A stretch of 64,000 nucleotides of DNA from Ostreococcus lucimarinus (taxonomy: Eukaryota): the NCBI GenBank assembly GCA_000092065.1, contig CP000583.1. The stretch is one strand, 5' to 3'. Under the pieces are notes generated by a model. That model was given only the letters and a program-made list of their open reading frames with translations. It did no database searches and was not told the DNA's origin. Every line of letters begins with the position of its first letter. Position 1 is the first letter of the stretch. Below, one piece after another: positions 62,454 to 64,000 of the stretch. Both the position numbers and the translations under genes were made by a program.

Positions 62454-64000
62454 GCATGGGTCCGAATCGCGGCGGCGGCCGCCGCACGGGCGGCGGCGGG
62501 CACCAGGCGGGACAAAACGCCATGGACAAGGCGAAGCTGAAAAAGGAAAAGGAAAAGGCTGCGAAGCGCGGAAGCCGCGCGGAGGCGGCGGAGCGGGCGA
62601 ACAAGCCGGAATTTCTGCAGTCCAAGACGACCGGAAAGGGCTCAGGGACGAGGCCGGGGGCGGAGGGGCGAGGGGTGGAGGAGGTGGTGATGAGCGCGAA
62701 TTGCGCGGCGATGGTGACGGAGACGCTGCGGCGGCTGGACGTGTCGACGAACGCGATGCCGCGCGTCGGATCGAGCTCGAGCGTGGATGTCAGGCACGAC
62801 GTCGATAGGGAAGATGTACTGCGGAAGGCGGCGCAGGCGATCGGGAAGAAGGGGTTTAGTGAGGGATTGATTGAACGCGCGCTCGCGGCGACGCGGCGAG
62901 CGGCGGATGTCGAGCGAGACGCGTGCGAAGGATTTAATGAACAGAAACGACGAGCGATCGCGCGGGCGATGGATTGGTTGATATTGAATGCCGATAAAAA
63001 TGAACTTCCAGCTGCGTTACGACCGGAGGTGAAAGGAAAGACGAAAGGTAAAGGTGGTGACGAAGCCGCGGCGAAGGACGACGCCGAGGGCGCGATTGAG
63101 GCTTTTGTTCGCGCCGGTTTCACCGTCGACGCCGCTCGGACAGCCATGCGAGGAGCAAAGGGCGATGTCAGCCGCGCACTCGACGATCTGTGCGCCGCAC
63201 TCGGACCGAGTCGCGAGGAGGCGCTCGCGGAGGCGATGGAGGCGTTTGCGGACACAGGAGCGGATTCCGCGAGCGAGGACGACATTCGCGAAGTGTTGCG
63301 CAACGCACAGTACGATGAGTTGAGCGAACTCCCTCGCGATCTTTACAAGCAACGAGGGTATAACCCGGCGTCGGGCACGGCATCTATGGCTGTGGAGATC
63401 GCGGGTATCGTAGCTTTGGGTGCCGCCAAGCAGTATGCCGCGGACTTTTACGTGAGTTTCAAGGACGCGCCGCTGTACCCATTCGAGCTTCCACGCTTGT
63501 CGTTTTCTCATCCCACGCTAGACACGGAACGATCGATCGCAGTCTCGGTGGCGATGATGCGACACGCTGCGTCCCTTGTAGGACAGCCCATGATCGACGA
63601 CATCATAGAGTGGCTTCAAGGGAGCGGTCCTTTGGAGGCGATAGAGGAAGCGCGCGAACGCGCGATGGCGCCCGCGCTCGAGCCAGCGAAGAAGAAAGTT
63701 ACAGGCGCGAAGGCGATTCCAGCACCAAAAGGAGGCATTCTGGCTCCACCAACGCAGACCAAAGAAGAGCGCAAGAGAGAACTCGAGCGTCGACGCGAAC
63801 TTGCAGCCGAAGCCGAGAAGACGAGAGCGCGAGTCGAGGCGCAGACAGAGGCGGAGGCACAGACGATTGCCGAAGCGAAGACGAAGAAACTCGCCGAGGC
63901 AATCTTAAAGGAGGAAGAGAAGCGCGCGAACGACCCGCGCGTGATCGCCGAAAGCGAGCGACTGAAAACGGAGTTGACCAAATTCTGGAACGATAAGAAG
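62454..64000 (+). CDS. 5' portion of a large gene running off the right edge: Lys-rich N-terminus, UBA-like domain and alpha-helical region (possibly the N-terminal region of a DHX57/DHX29-like DExH helicase); open to the window end
   Basis: ATG at 62454 opens a frame with no stop through 64000, which is not listed in the track because it has no stop. UBA-like AIEAFVRAGFTVDAARTAMRGAKGDVSRALDDLCAAL. Coding-like composition throughout. Sits divergent from the SDR gene with about 120 bp between the ATGs. Confidence 0.55.

Overview
This window is GC-rich, very gene-dense eukaryotic nuclear DNA. It is almost certainly from a small green-lineage alga: the light-harvesting protein has the Chl a/b-type signature EVIHGRWAMLG, and the compact genome architecture resembles a Mamiellophyceae-like prasinophyte. 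I could support about 40 protein-coding genes, separated by short intergenic spacers and often arranged head-to-head or tail-to-tail. Coding sequence is only moderately GC-rich, whereas introns and intergenic DNA are extremely CG-rich, with long CGCGCG tracts. Those tracts create many long spurious Arg/Ala-rich ORFs in the six-frame track.

The recognisable genes include cyclophilin, NAC-alpha, THOC3, ribosomal protein L11 (uL5), a mitochondrial NFU1 Fe-S scaffold, MsrA, a peroxisomal multifunctional beta-oxidation enzyme ending in the PTS1 tripeptide SRL, cobalamin-dependent methionine synthase, TIM50, an AMPK/SNF1 beta subunit, a DEAD-box helicase, a makorin (CCCH + RING), an OTU deubiquitinase, a Rubisco LSMT-like SET methyltransferase and a CD36/scavenger-receptor-B homologue. 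Two identical LHC genes sit in inverted orientation around a shared promoter. Several genes are missed or split by the ORF track because they carry 100-430 nt CG-rich introns with a strikingly uniform grammar: donor GTGCGT or GTACGT, branch site (G)AGACTGACG 25-45 nt upstream of a (C/T)AG acceptor. I rebuilt these models by hand, so splice coordinates may be off by 1-2 nt. I saw no rRNA, tRNA, CRISPR array or recognisable transposon.

The observations most worth follow-up are:
- the inverted LHC pair with exon-restricted identity;
- the uniform intron grammar and a second, AT-rich intron class in the CD36-like gene;
- a novel cysteine-rich tandem-repeat membrane protein;
- a giant 1900-aa LamG-containing secreted protein;
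- a membrane-anchored PP2C-protein kinase fusion;
- an in-frame hydrophobic extension on methionine synthase;
- a four-exon beta-strand-rich porin-like gene that is invisible to ORF finding.
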